Shown here one piece after another: positions 52,502 through 64,000 of a stretch of 64,000 nucleotides of DNA. Location: contig NC_059426.1 in the NCBI RefSeq assembly GCF_021028975.2, positions 88,598,001 to 88,662,000 of the forward strand, read 5' to 3'. Under the pieces are notes generated by a model, which was given only the letters and a program-made list of their open reading frames with translations, made no database searches and was not told where the DNA came from. The first letter of the stretch is position 1, and the number at the start of each line of letters is the position of its first letter. This stretch comes from Sphaerodactylus townsendi (Eukaryota). The translations under genes and the position numbers were made by a program.

Positions 52502-55330
52502 CATGTTGGATAAAAAATCAATTAAAAAACAAAAAATAAATTTTAAAATTTTTAATTTGATTTTTAAAATGAGGAAAAATCTATCTAGAGACAGTTTTCT
52601 ATTTTTAAAACATATTCGAAAAGTCATTCATCATAAAATAAAGGTTAGCTTTTAATTATGTAGCACAAGGCTGCATGTTCCTGCAATGTTTAAAAAATTT
52701 TGATAAATGAATTCTATTAATCCATTCACAGTCTTATGTTTTTCCAGAGATTTCTGTAAGATTTATTGTCGAAGGCTTTCACGGCCGGAATCACTTGGGT
52801 GCTGTGTGGTTTCCGGGCTGTATGGCCGTGTTCTAGCAGCATTCTCTCCTGACGTTTCGCCTGCATCTGCCAGCCACAGATGCAGGCGAAACGTCAGGAG
52901 AGAATACTTTAAGTAACCCTTAACAGGCTCCCCACAGCACCATTCGATAGATTGTTTTGGGCAGTATTCTATCTAGAAGATATTGTCACAGATGTTTGGC
53001 TTTGCATTTCTCAAAACTGAATTTATGACTGCAGAGCCTTCTTCTTCACAGCAAAAAGTTATAAAAAAATAAGTATACAGAGAATAAGTTATACTGAGAC
53101 CCGCTGTTCGCTTTACCAAATCCTATGTACACAGAATCAACTCCTTACCTCTTAAGTGCTAAATTTATAGATCTGCACAAAGAGGAGTTCAGTGTATTGG
53201 GTTCGAGGGACAACAGTAAAAATGAAAGTGAAACCTTTTCAGCAGAATACTCCACAAGTCTTTGATCTTTGTGTGTATTAGCCTGCAGTTTATCAAATTA
53301 TTCTCTCCTTGGAGGAGAAAAATTATAGTGGCAGCAAGCCATAACTCCAGTTTGGGAATATTTTAAATAAGAGAGTGCTTACTCTATCTACTTATAGATA
53401 AGTCAGGCATTTGTGCAAAATTCAAAACTGCAACTAAGAAAATGCAAGACCTAGTGGCCCCAAATGAAACAATAGCATGAGAGGTGCTTTTGATGAAGAG
53501 ATGACAAAAGGAAAATGTTTCAAGAGGCAGGATCTTCCAGGTGGGTAAACATTTTGATCATATTTCTTAAAGACTGACTTGAGGAATTGTCATATTTGAG
53601 CAAAATATATTTGCTATTCTTACTGCATGTTACTGTCATTTTGAATACAGTTATGAAGGAAATAAGAGAGGCTGAAACAATCAAATCTTCTTTGCACTGG
53701 CAATACCAAGTGGCAGCTTAAATACAATGGAGTAATACCAAAATAAGATGAAATGGTATAGATAACAAAATAACAACATGGATTTTTTGTTTGTTTGTTT
53801 TGGGGAATCAATCGTCAACCTAAAGGATTCGAAAACTTACCCAGTTTCGAAGGATCCACCATCCTATTATTCTACAGTTTTCAGAGTTATCTGTTCAGGA
53901 TACATCCATATTCACGAGTATATAGCTTAAAGAAACAAAATCCGACCACCCAGGAGACCATCATGGATAAGTTTGTGATAAAACCAGCAGATTAGAAACT
54001 AGGTAACTGATGATAAAATTGTCCATTTTGTTTATACAACAAAGTCTTCAACTTCCATCTGATTGAAAACCCATACTTAATTAATATGGTTCGGTCATTT
54101 TGAGACCAGGAGACAGTCTACCCAGCAGAGATGATCTTGCAGGGAAATTGCTGAATAAAGTGTTTCGCAACGGCGGAGGCTCACGTGGAAATGTGGCTCG
54201 TGGAATGTGAAGTTTCTGTGCCCGCTGTTAACTAAGAATTACACTTTTTTGTGCCAAGCGCAGCTGCTTGGGTTAAATCTACGGAAGCCACACATAAACG
54301 CCAGCTTAGTGTGAAAAACAGACTACCATCCTATCATCTGCATACAGCGTGGTGGCGTAACTGCAATGCAAAAAAAAGTTTAAAAATAATTTCCCGTCCC
54401 AACTTACCCACGGTGCAACAGCCGAAATCCAGGATGAGGAAAGAAAAGAGCCGCTGAGCAGACTGCGCATTCAATCGCTACGAATCGCATTTAAGGGATT
54501 GCTTCCACCTTCATCTGGTTGTAAATGTAAAAGGTTGTACAAACAAAGAATGTTAATAAAACCAAGAGGGTATAATTTTTTTTGGAATTAATACTTGATG
54601 CAGATGAAATTTGGAAATCCATGTGATCGATAAATGTACCTATTTTATGTTTGTAATCTTTGTAACTTGCTTACATTTGTTCCAAATGGCTTTACTAGAT
54701 ACCTAATAAAATGAATATTAATAAAATTTAAAACTGAAAAAAACAAGTAATAGCTTCTTGGCATTTCTGCCACAATCCATTGGCTGTGAACTTCTTCATT
54801 AGAGACAAGGGGGAACTCTGGGCATTTTGAGGGCCGGGATTAAAAAATAAAACCCTGAAAAAAGAGGGACAGCCAAAGGAATTTGATAATATTATTATGT
54901 TTTGTTTGTTCTGTTAGCTTGTTCTGTCCTTCTCCACTGGGAAGCTGACCTGCTGAATAATATCTATGTTGTGCAGTGGGAAATGCTGCTTGATAAGGTT
55001 TAGCTACTCTTTTCCAGACATTTTGTATGTGAATTGAGTCACGACATGAAGTTTTGCAAACTAAGATAGGCTATGATGTCTTAAATAAAAGATCACTAGT
55101 AAAAAATGAGAAAACTTTTTTCCTTTAAAAAGGCCATTCTACAACTGTGAAAGCTGAAAAAATGCTGGACAGATTATGTTTTTACAGGAAAGTTCACTGT
55201 TATTTGATACTGAGAATATGGAAACCTCAGTACAAATAACCAATGTTAATTGGCTTAATTTGTTAATGATAAAAAAAAGTAGCTGGGTCAGCAACTGAAA
55301 ATCTTTTTGTGATGCAAAGCATATAATACC
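52502..55330 (+). mobile_element. Decayed hAT transposon with transposase remnants
   Basis: 53440-53500 resembles the end of a BED finger (MQ.LV..MKQ.HE.C). 53955-54162 reads TIMDKFVIK..DKI..FVY.T...F.LIENP..INMV.SLRPG.SLPSR.DLAGKLLNKV, a typical hAT N-terminal region. AT-rich subterminal aaaatc repeats near 52505-52570. Boundaries approximate. Confidence 0.65.
52764..52906 (-). mobile_element. Penelope-like element terminal (pLTR) fragment in inverted arrangement
   Basis: gatgcaggcgaaacgtcaggagagaatgc...ggccatacagcccggaaac..gtgaaagccttcgacaa resembles squamate Penelope ends; perfect 29-bp inverted repeat 52841-52869 / 52877-52905. Confidence 0.75.
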
Positions 55331-55959
55331 ATAAATAATTTGACATTGGTCCATTTCCACATAACACAAATAAAATGTGTTTACGCAGACATTGGAAGTT
55401 TTCGCGCACACTGTTTGTTGCAGATCTGTGGCATGTGAGGTCGTCGCGTTATCGCACATCTGTTAAGCACACTTAAGCAGAAATATTGTGCCGGCCCCTT
55501 TTGTGCCACATTCAGCCGTTGTTCCATTTTTTTCCGCAATAAACGATACTTGCATTACGCTTTTGGGAAGCGCCCAGTTTCCCCAAATTTAGTGCCTGGT
55601 CGCGAAACAAATGTGGGCGAAAGTGGATCGAAGCGCGGGGTTTCGCCAGCGTGGCGAGATTTGATCCATCAATGGGAGTCTGACGGAAGCGTTCTGGCTG
55701 TAGCGCTTTATTCCTTTGTTCCCATTTTGCATCTTTCGCCTCCCCTCATACCCGTTGATGGTAATGCGCTTGCATTTCGACCGAGCCCTCGTGGCCCGTT
55801 GCCGCGATGATGATATTTGCTTAGCCGCGGTGACTCGTCAGCTCGTTTCCTGCCCACGTTACGCTTGGCGTAGCGTTTGAGATACCGTTAGCGGGATGGG
55901 AGAAAACCGGCCTTACAAACAATGCGACGCCATTTTGAATTAGGGTCCGGGCCGAGTAT

Positions 55960-57870
55960 TATCATGGCGGCAGGAGAGCGAAGGACCTCGTGCCGTGTGG
56001 GGAAGAGGATTCAGCGCTCGCTAAGTCTCGTGCCGCAACGGGCGTGTTTGAGAGGGTGGCAGATCAAATCGCGAAAGGGGCACAACAGGGCGTCCGTTGA
56101 AGTGCAGGGCGAAGAGGCAAAGACTTTGAAAAGGACTTTAAGCGAGATACCAGCACAACAACACTTCAGGGAATGGGCTCGGGCGATGCCCTTCTATGAG
56201 GAGCTTCGAGCAGATGTTAGGGGGGGACGGGGCGATCAACCCCGCGCGTAAAGCTCGGAACAGAAGTCGCGTCGTGACGCTATACGGAAGCCGCTGACGC
56301 GAAATTCCACCAAAGCGTTAGGGAGCAAGACTTACAGAACCATAAGGCGCAGAGATACCTGCAGGGGTTTCGCCCCGTCCACCTACATCCGAGGGGTAGG
56401 GATTTTTCCTATACTTCGCACGATACCCCGGATGGCGCTTGCTCTGTTATTACCTCTCTTGTGATGGGGCACTCAGATACGCTTCACTTCTGGAGTTAGT
56501 TTAACGTGGTCGCTCATGTCCTATTTCTCTGCCAGGTGGATGTGCAGAAATGTACATTCCAGCTGTCGCTGTTGTTGCACAGTGCAGTGGACTGGGTGAA
56601 TCCTCGAATTCTCCCCTCTCTCCTCCTTTGGTCGCGGGTTCTGCGCAGCTACTGAACTTATGCGGCTTTTAAGCCAACGGTTTCCACCTCAGGAGAATCA
56701 ACCGTTCTCAGAGGGCCGTGCCGCCAGATCTATGTAATGCGCCCAGATGAGTGGTGGTTCATTGGCTGTTTAGCCTGCTGGTGTAGGCCATGCTTTGTGA
56801 GGTGTTCCCCGACATCCCTCCATCACAGTCGTCGCCAAAAGTGGGGACAGGTTAAGGGCACAGCTGTTCTTGATGGAATTTGCCTGGTGGGTTCAATGGA
56901 CATGCAGGAGCAATGGTCCCTCACAGGCGTGGGCATGTGAGAATTGACCACAACAGGATGCCTCTTAGCCATTGCATGTTAAGTGCTGCGTGTCTGCGCC
57001 CTGCCAGGGTGGTGTTGCTGCTGGAAACGGTGTCGCGACCAAATTACCCTGCGGGCGCTCAGCACTCTGGCAGCAGGTAACGTCAAAAGGAAGAAAAGTG
57101 ATGATGTGACCTCATGTTCTTTCTCCTTCATGGCAGCTCTCTTTGCAGACCTCTGGTGACATGAATGAAAGTGTCCTTGACCATCCTATTGCTGGAGTTC
57201 TGTAGTGCAAATGAAGGTGCGTTGAAACCACAAACTGAAACCCCGCAGCGATTTTGTGGTAGGCGCTCTGAGGCATAGGACAACCCGCTCCATTACTTAC
57301 GACAAAGAGGAAGACAGCATGCCCGCCAAAAGTGGGCTGCTCGTGCACAGATGCCCGCACAGGCTCACTGCTTGATTCGCCAATGGCAGATGCTGAAGTG
57401 CGGTCAGCAACATGCAAACCCTGGGATGCCTATGCAGATCTGCTCATGTGCTCAACAAGAAAGTGTATCTCCCGCCATGCGAGCTAGGGTAGATGACGGT
57501 GGATTCATAAAAGTTCCTTCCATCACCTGGCGATTAATTGTGCGTCTATCAACAGCGATGTCCTCTTACAGGCTGCACATCTCTGACGATGATGGAACTG
57601 ACTTCACCAGAGCGGAGAATGACTGCTGACGAAGTGTCGCGGCGTGTTAAGTGCACCGGCTGACTTTTGCGAAGGCCATGGTGGAACAGGGAGAGTCGAG
57701 GCAATGGAAGGCCGAGGATAGGCGGGGAAAAGGAGGTAAGCGTCATTCATGCAGAGCGGCGCAGAGCAAACAGGGAGCTGTCATCGCTGAGGCTGGCCAT
57801 CGACAGGGGAATGACATAATGCAGACCCTTGTGGCAGCGGCTTTGCTGCAGCGCATGGGCTCCTCGGTGT
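55960..57870 (+). pseudogene. Harbinger Myb/SANT (trihelix) DNA-binding gene 1, spliced and frameshifted as sequenced
   Basis: Joining frames at 55960-56225 gives WRQE..KDL.AVWG..IQRSL..RNG.VFERVADQ..KGHNRASVECR.KAKTLK..F....HN.SG....MPFYEEL. A downstream acceptor tcctcttacag| at 57570 is followed by a charged coiled-coil segment (AKAMVEQGE..QWKAEDR). Confidence 0.75.
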
Positions 57871-58199
57871 AGGGGTGCTGGGGTTCATTGCGGTAGCCCT
57901 CTGCTCCTCGCGATGCATCACAAACCTTGCCTGCCCCAGCGTTCAGCAGTGCCTGCCCACTTGTGAAATTGCTGGCCCGGCTGCAAATCTCGTGGAAGTC
58001 ACGGCCGAGGTGACTTATCCACTCTGGCTGAGGACACCGACTTGGAGTCTATTGGTAGGCCAGCCTTCCATCACAGGTGGAGACCTGATGATGGTTGGGA
58101 GACACCTCTGAGCTGTGCTGCACTCAGGTGGCTTGCCAGAATCACAGCCAATGCACAAGCGGCAGGGAAGCCCAAAGCAGAATGGACCTGTGAGGACCT

Positions 58200-58838
58200 C
58201 CCCTGTTATTTCTCTGTCTGCACCACCACGGGCAAGCCCCTTCTATTACATAGGTTAGCTAGCGATGCGTTTAGGCATCAGAGTTAAATTTGTTTAATAT
58301 TTTTAAAACAGGCTACACATGGCTGCCCTCTCAGGTAGGTTGCCAGGAGAGGATGGTCATGGAAAGCAGACAATCCTCTGCTGCGAAGATGTAACCAGCC
58401 AGCTGACCCACCCACCCACCCACCCTTGTTTTCTCTGTCTCTGCCACGCGGTGAGCCCCAGCTTTTACATAGGCTAGTGATGATGTCGCGTTTAAGCATC
58501 AAAAGGTTAGTGGTTTTAATATTTTAAAAGGAGCTACACGTGCCTGCCCTCTGTGGTAGGTTGCCAGGAGAGGATGGTCATGGAAAGCAGACGATCTCTG
58601 CTTTGCAGAGATGTAACCAGCTTAAAGCGACCCACCCCTGTTTTCTCTGTCTGCCACCTGCGGCAGGACCCCCTGCTTTATAGGCTACCGAGTGATGTGC
58701 GTTTAAGCATCAGAGTTTAATTTGTTTTATGTTTTATAAAAGCGTTATACATCACCTGTCCTCTCAGGTTGGTTGCCAGGAGAGAGGAAGGTCATGGAAA
58801 GCGAACAATCCTCTGCTTTGCAGAGATGCGTAACCAAT
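58200..58838. repeat. About three tandem copies of a ~215-bp unit inside the Harbinger element
   Basis: gcgttta(a/g)gcatca at 58268, 58488 and 58699; ggttgccagga...ggtcatggaaagc recurs three times. Confidence 0.85.
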
Positions 58839-58951
58839 AGCGATAATAAACCATATGCACAAGCATTTGTGAAAGTACAATTGCCTTTATTGTGTGATTT
58901 AAGCAATGCATTTACAGCTAAGACAACTTTAAGGGGCCTTGGGGAGATGGG

Positions 58952-60975
58952 TTAGGAAGTTTGGTGCTTGTTTCGCTGGATGCCGCGCCATGTGGTTTTG
59001 CCTGCCTTCTCTGCAGCCCTCCGCTGCCAGAAGGAGCCTCTGGCGGCCCCTTCCCTCCTGTTCATCCCATACTCCAGCCACAGCCAGCCTGCGCTCAGAT
59101 CCTGTCTGAAGAGTGGAAGATATAACACAGTGAAAAATTTAGATGATGCAAGTGGCGGAGTCTGGTTCCTGCTGTGTGTCCCCTTCAAATCTTCAGTACC
59201 GCCAAGCCATCCCGCTCCATGCAGAAAAGTTCTGCTGCCATAACCCGCTTAAAACAACCCCGGCCAGTTTTCCATGCTCACAGTTGGCATCCAGCGATGG
59301 CTCTGTCTGAGTGCCAACTTCTGCATGTCGTGGTTTCTGTTGCAGAAGCCCTGCGTGGTTAGAGCCCCCTCTGTGTCCTAGACATTCCTTGCAAACATGG
59401 AGGGTGCAGAGCCAGTTAGCATTTGAAGATGCGTGACACAACTCTCAGTAACATGGGCAGCGTTGGCATCCAGCGGCAACACCCTTCCCAAAGAACGCAC
59501 TGGCACTCACCAGGGTAGGCTTACCTCATCTTCACTGCACTGCACCTGGGTGGCCCCGGCTCACTCTCCTCCTTGGTTTTGGTGGTGGGCAGAAGCTGCT
59601 CCTGAAGGGAATAGGGATGCATGGCTTTACAGCTCCAGATAGCCACATACATCTAATTTTAAATTAAGCTCTCTCCCACATCCAACAGAGCCCCTGCTGT
59701 CCCTGAACAGGAGGCCCGCATGTGGGGCTCCCACCAGACAAGCGTAGGCGTGGCACACTGAATGCAAGTTCCCCCTATGTCTGCTTTCTCAAGTTTGTAG
59801 TTCTTAAAAGTTTGCCTTAGACTCCACACATCAAGTTTCTCAAGGTGGGGCGAGGAATATGGTCGCTCTTCAAAGCGTCGCTGTTGGTTAAAGTGTAATA
59901 ACCTTTCTGCGTTGATGGGAGGTAAACTTTAGCGGCAATGCAAGCAGCAGGGAGAGCAGAGTGGCCTGAAACACTCACGTCTGTCGCGCTCCACCATGAT
60001 TTAAATATTTTGCAGCTAGACCATAAAAGGCCAAGACTGAGAGCATGCATGGCCGGAGATAAGCGGTGCTCACATGCCAGCTTTAATTTGCATGACTTCA
60101 AAGGGAAGTGGTAAGGGAAAGAGGAGAAAGAAGTGTGTGCCCTCCGGCCTTCCTCTACTGCAGCATGCTCAAAGGGCATCACATTCCCTCTCCTTGCCCA
60201 CCCTCAGGGCTACGCTTGGCGTGGTTGGATCAGACGCTTTAAATGCTAAGGGCTGGCCAAAGTAAACACAGCAGTACATTTGGGCTTGTTCATGAGAACC
60301 TGGATTGACAAGGTGAGGTTTCACATCACCAGCCGCACGCGTTGGGGGGGGGCCGCGCTTACTGACCGGGGAGTGGTCTGGCTCTGGCTGTTAACCTCGT
60401 CCACGGCTGCACGGTGCTCATTACTGCCTGCAATTTTAGCACCGTTCACACAGTCACACCTCTAATCGTTGTGCTCAAGCAGACCCATTGCAGCAGGGTG
60501 CTCTGTACTAAAGTAGAAGTCACACTCCTTCAAATAAACTCACAATCTCACTGATTGGTTGGTTCTCCAGTGGTGCTCAGATTAAAGCTAGCAGGTGCAT
60601 TTGAAACCAGAAACTGGTTTGTGCTGCAAGAGCATGCTGTGGAAAATTACCAAACTCACCCCCCTTCATTTCGATGTCTGCGCAGGGGACACCAGCCTTC
60701 AGCCAAGCCTGCATGAGGGAGTAGTGCTTTGGCCTCCCAGCGGCAGCTTGGTTCTCCACACTGAGGCAGCTCTCAACTTTAAGTACTCTTTTTTTGGCTT
60801 TCCACTTGTTTTGAATCTGAGTAGGGCTCATTGTGTCCTCCTTGCCATGGCCTTGCTGAGGCCGGAGTATATTTTCCTGTTGGGGCCTTCGCTACCACCA
60901 CCAGGTTAGCCACCCTGCTGATCACAGACGGTATCATCGCCTCCACCTCCTCTTCCGACCAGTTCACGAGAGGGC
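58952..60975 (-). pseudogene. Harbinger Myb/SANT gene 2 (divergent subtype), multi-exon and frameshifted as sequenced
   Basis: NWSEEEVEAM..VISR...EGPNRKIYSGLSKAMARR...SPTQIQNKWKA.K...GRPKHYSLMQ.WLKAG at 60967-60660; donor gtgagt at ~60655; candidate exons ~60310-60425, 59525-59601 (ttcag| ... |gtaagc) and 58952-59101 (coiled coil, stop). Confidence 0.7.
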
Positions 60976-61669
60976 GACATATCGACCCTTCAAAGGTGCT
61001 CCACTGTTACTGAGGAATTTGATACAGAATTACGAGAGGAGGGGATGGGCCATGAGAGCCCTTTTGAAGAGCGCCTTGGAAGGGCAGCCCTAATAGTGAG
61101 CTAACGGGAAGAAAAACGACGCGTGACGTTGCATGTTTAACCCGGAACTTCCTGTCCCTCATGCGCACAGGCTGTAAAACTGCTGTTAGAGTGCTCCAGC
61201 AAACAAGCATCCATGGATTACGCCAACAGGAGTCTGGCAGTGTCTATGAACTTCAGTGCACAGTCTCACTTAAGGCCTCACTGTTGCATACCTCACTTAA
61301 TAATACAATTTTAGCCAGCGTTTATAGAGTCGGGGGGGCTGTCGCGGCCCATCTTGGAGCTTGCCGAGGGACCATTGAATTCCGAGGTGATTCCCGTACA
61401 AACCACCGCGCATCTTTTTTCACGCCTCCCAAAGGTAGCACCGTGCGCCACTAATCAACTCATGAGACGAATTTCCTTTAGCAATTGAAAGGTGGTTCCT
61501 GCCCTGGATGCTGTCTCAAGTGTGAGTGAATTGGAGATGTGTGGTAGAATTGAAGACCGCGGCGTGTAGGTTTGTTTATCAGTGGAAAAAACTTTATTCT
61601 CGGAAAATAAAAAAAATTTTTGCACATTAGCACACACACCAATGATGCAAGACATGAACGGAGAGGAGA

Positions 61670-63865
61670 CTACTGCTGCACAGGGCGGTTGCAGTAGAGG
61701 TAGGTGGCCAGGGCATTTCTCACAGCCTTCCCCTTGCCAGATGCTGATCCTCAGGATAGGACCCTCACCTGAGCCAATTATGATGGGCTGCTGCTCTCTT
61801 CCATCTGAGTTAGCGAGGGGGGCCAGTCCGCCATTCACTCTCGGAGAGTCTGATTTTCCGGCCATGGGTTGTGTAGAACAACACAAGTGGCAGCAGGAGT
61901 TAACCCTCTCCACCCTTATGGGCAACTTGTGCTTACAGGCACTTCCACCATCCTTTAATGCGTAAAGGCAGCTCCACAACACATCTGGCCTGCTCATTCT
62001 TCTGTTGTGCAAGTGGCTCTATCGCGTTCATTGGATGAGTAGCTGGCTTTACAACCACCTCGCATGGGAATCGCCATCCATCAAAATCAGCGATTGGGAC
62101 AGCCAGCGTGAATGGACAATACAGGGTTAACTGGGAAGAAGGCACCCTGTCATGGCCTGTTAGTGTGAAATGGCAACCCTGAAAATGTCTTGGCGTCGTG
62201 GCTTCTGCGGGGCCAATGTCCACCTCAAAGGTGCGATAATGCATGAAGCAGCCCGCCACCAAGAACAATGGAGGCCACCCTCTTCCTGTTGATGTAGTCC
62301 GCAGAAGGCGTCCGATGGAGTTTTAAGTCTGTGAATAATGGCACCATCAATTGCTCGAAGCGCCAGCGGAAGCCTATGTTAACGATCCCGGCGCACTTAA
62401 CCTGGAGGTTGTTTGGGAAAAACAGACAGTTAGTGTCGCCATTGCTCTGTGTCTCTGGACATGACGGGGTGAGGCACATGAAGTCGCTATGGGGCCGATT
62501 CTGCAGGCATGCCTTATGGCGCTTCTCTCCTCATCAGAGATCTTGCTCTGAATTTTCTTCGTTTCCTCTCTTCTCTCTATTTTAATACAGAAAAGCGGGA
62601 GGGCAATTGGCTGAATGGCCCTCCTGGATTAAATCTGGGCCGATCCTGTACGCCCAGCACTGCCAGGACAGGCCCCAGTTTAAAAAAAGATGCTGCGCGC
62701 AAATTCACCCATAAGCCTGCCTGGGTTGTGGTTTGCCCGATGCCACAGCAGCTGTATCAATACGAGTGGTGCAATGCCAGGCTTAGCGAGCATATAGGAG
62801 TGAACAATAGGTGAAACCATTTACTAAGATACTCAAATCACGAAAACAAATTAAGTAGCGCCATATCTGCCTCAACCCCTCACGATCACGGTGAGGATAT
62901 CTGCCCCTGGGTGGAACCTTCCCAGCCCTTCACTCCAAACTGGCCCCAGAATGTTCAACATTTTGCCCCTCTCTGACCTGGCGCTTTTACAGCTCCTTTT
63001 CTTCCAAAATTAGATATGCATACCCACAATTCCTGGGCCGGTCCGCTCTGGGTTGAACGGCGCAAAAGGCGCATCCGATAGCGTTGTTGAAGCCTACCAC
63101 CCGCAGGGGTAGCCTCCCGTCATTTGAATAAAAAATAAAGAAAGGGGAACATGTGTCCCCGCGCCTGGACTCTGTGTAATCAAACTCCAGAAAATTGAAA
63201 CTGTACCTCAAGGGCCACCAGACCCAAAGAGACACGCACCCAAAAGTGAGAGTGTGCACGACTGGTAGCACTATCAAACCATGTCAGCCTACCTTCTCCA
63301 CTGGATCATAAAACCCGGACAACCCTCTTGAACAGGATGTTCCTTCCGAAAACTCACAGAATTCATGGACAGCCTCGGCGGTGGTGGTGCCTCAAACTGC
63401 TGCCGCTTTTATCCCACGAAGGAGTTAGGACTGGCCAGATACCAAATAGCCATCCCCATACATCACCCGAACACTTCCTTGCGCCATCGCGTGTGTCTTA
63501 GGCCTCGAGAAACGGTGCTAGGCTGTCAACGATCCTCTGAACGTTCCTCTGCTCATCACGGAAGTTCTTGAGCCATTCCTCATCGTTCCATGATGACCAC
63601 GCGGATGCCACCACCAGTCCTGCTACGGTGCGGGTACGCAAGCGGTGGAAATTACCGCAGGCAACCGGCGGACCCGCAGCCTAAGCCCACTGACCGAAAG
63701 TGCGAAGCCTGCGCGGCAAACTATCATGCACATCGTGCCGTGCATGAAGGCTTTGTCTTGGCAGACCGACCCTCGTCCAGTGGCGCAGAAGCGTCACAAC
63801 CAGAAGCAGCTCTGTCTCCTCCTGGTAGTCCGAGGCATTCGCGACCCTGATGGCTTTTCCATCGA
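61670..63865 (-). pseudogene. PIF/Harbinger (HARBI1-like) DDE transposase, two exons, frameshifted as sequenced
   Basis: Exon 1 (ends at 63293, AAG|gtaggc): WNDEEWLKNFR.SRGTF..IVDSLAP..MAIWYLASPNS. Exon 2 (starts at 62401, ccag|): AIDG, ADYINRK..ASIVL, HD.RV, GDS, ARCVVE..KGWWKCL, CVVLHN, GKAVRNALATYL. AATAAA on the minus strand at 61593-61598. Confidence 0.88.
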
Positions 63866-64000
63866 ATATTATGCCCACAAAGCAGTTCATGTAGCAAAAG
63901 CGGGCGCTAGTGAGGGCAACCTACCTATGAGTAGCAGTACCTCGACTCCTTGGTAGCGAGAACTTCGAGGCTCACGATATGAAATGGCGGCGAGATCGCG

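Larger units (their letters stand above)
55400..64000. mobile_element. Large PIF/Harbinger transposon, apparently three genes; runs off the right edge of the window
   Basis: Abrupt switch to CpG-rich sequence; contains a Harbinger DDE transposase and two Myb/SANT genes. Possible degenerate left TIR ggccccttttgtgccaca near 55493. Confidence 0.75.

Noticed and set aside
53149-53282. Apparent minus-strand exon with a gtaagg donor
   Set aside because: Falls within the decayed hAT element, so it is more likely transposon sequence than a host exon.
58200-58838. Possible CRISPR-like array
   Set aside because: Units are ~215-bp whole-unit tandem copies without unique spacers, in a eukaryotic context with no cas genes.

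Overview
Vertebrate genomic DNA, by inference a squamate and probably a gecko, judged from the SINE, Penelope, R4 and CR1 repertoire. It is AT-rich, intron/intergenic-like and dominated by transposable elements: a 5'-truncated CR1 LINE, an R4/Dong-type RLE LINE, L2 and other LINE remnants, tRNA- and 5S-derived SINEs, many hAT, Tc1/mariner (Tc2-like) and PIF/Harbinger MITEs with intact TIRs and TSDs, and one 160-N gap. Only weak candidate host-gene exons (minus strand) are visible, and I cannot name the gene. The most striking feature is the last ~8.6 kb. It is a CpG-rich, indel-riddled PIF/Harbinger-type element that seems to carry three spliced genes: a DDE transposase (-), a Myb/SANT (trihelix) gene (-) and a second, divergent Myb/SANT gene (+) converging on it. 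A ~215-bp tandem repeat and opposed poly(A) signals lie between the two Myb genes. A separate Myb-only Harbinger derivative (19.5-21.5 kb) and at least seven Harbinger-type MITEs lie in the same window. All family calls come from motif recognition by eye, not database searches.
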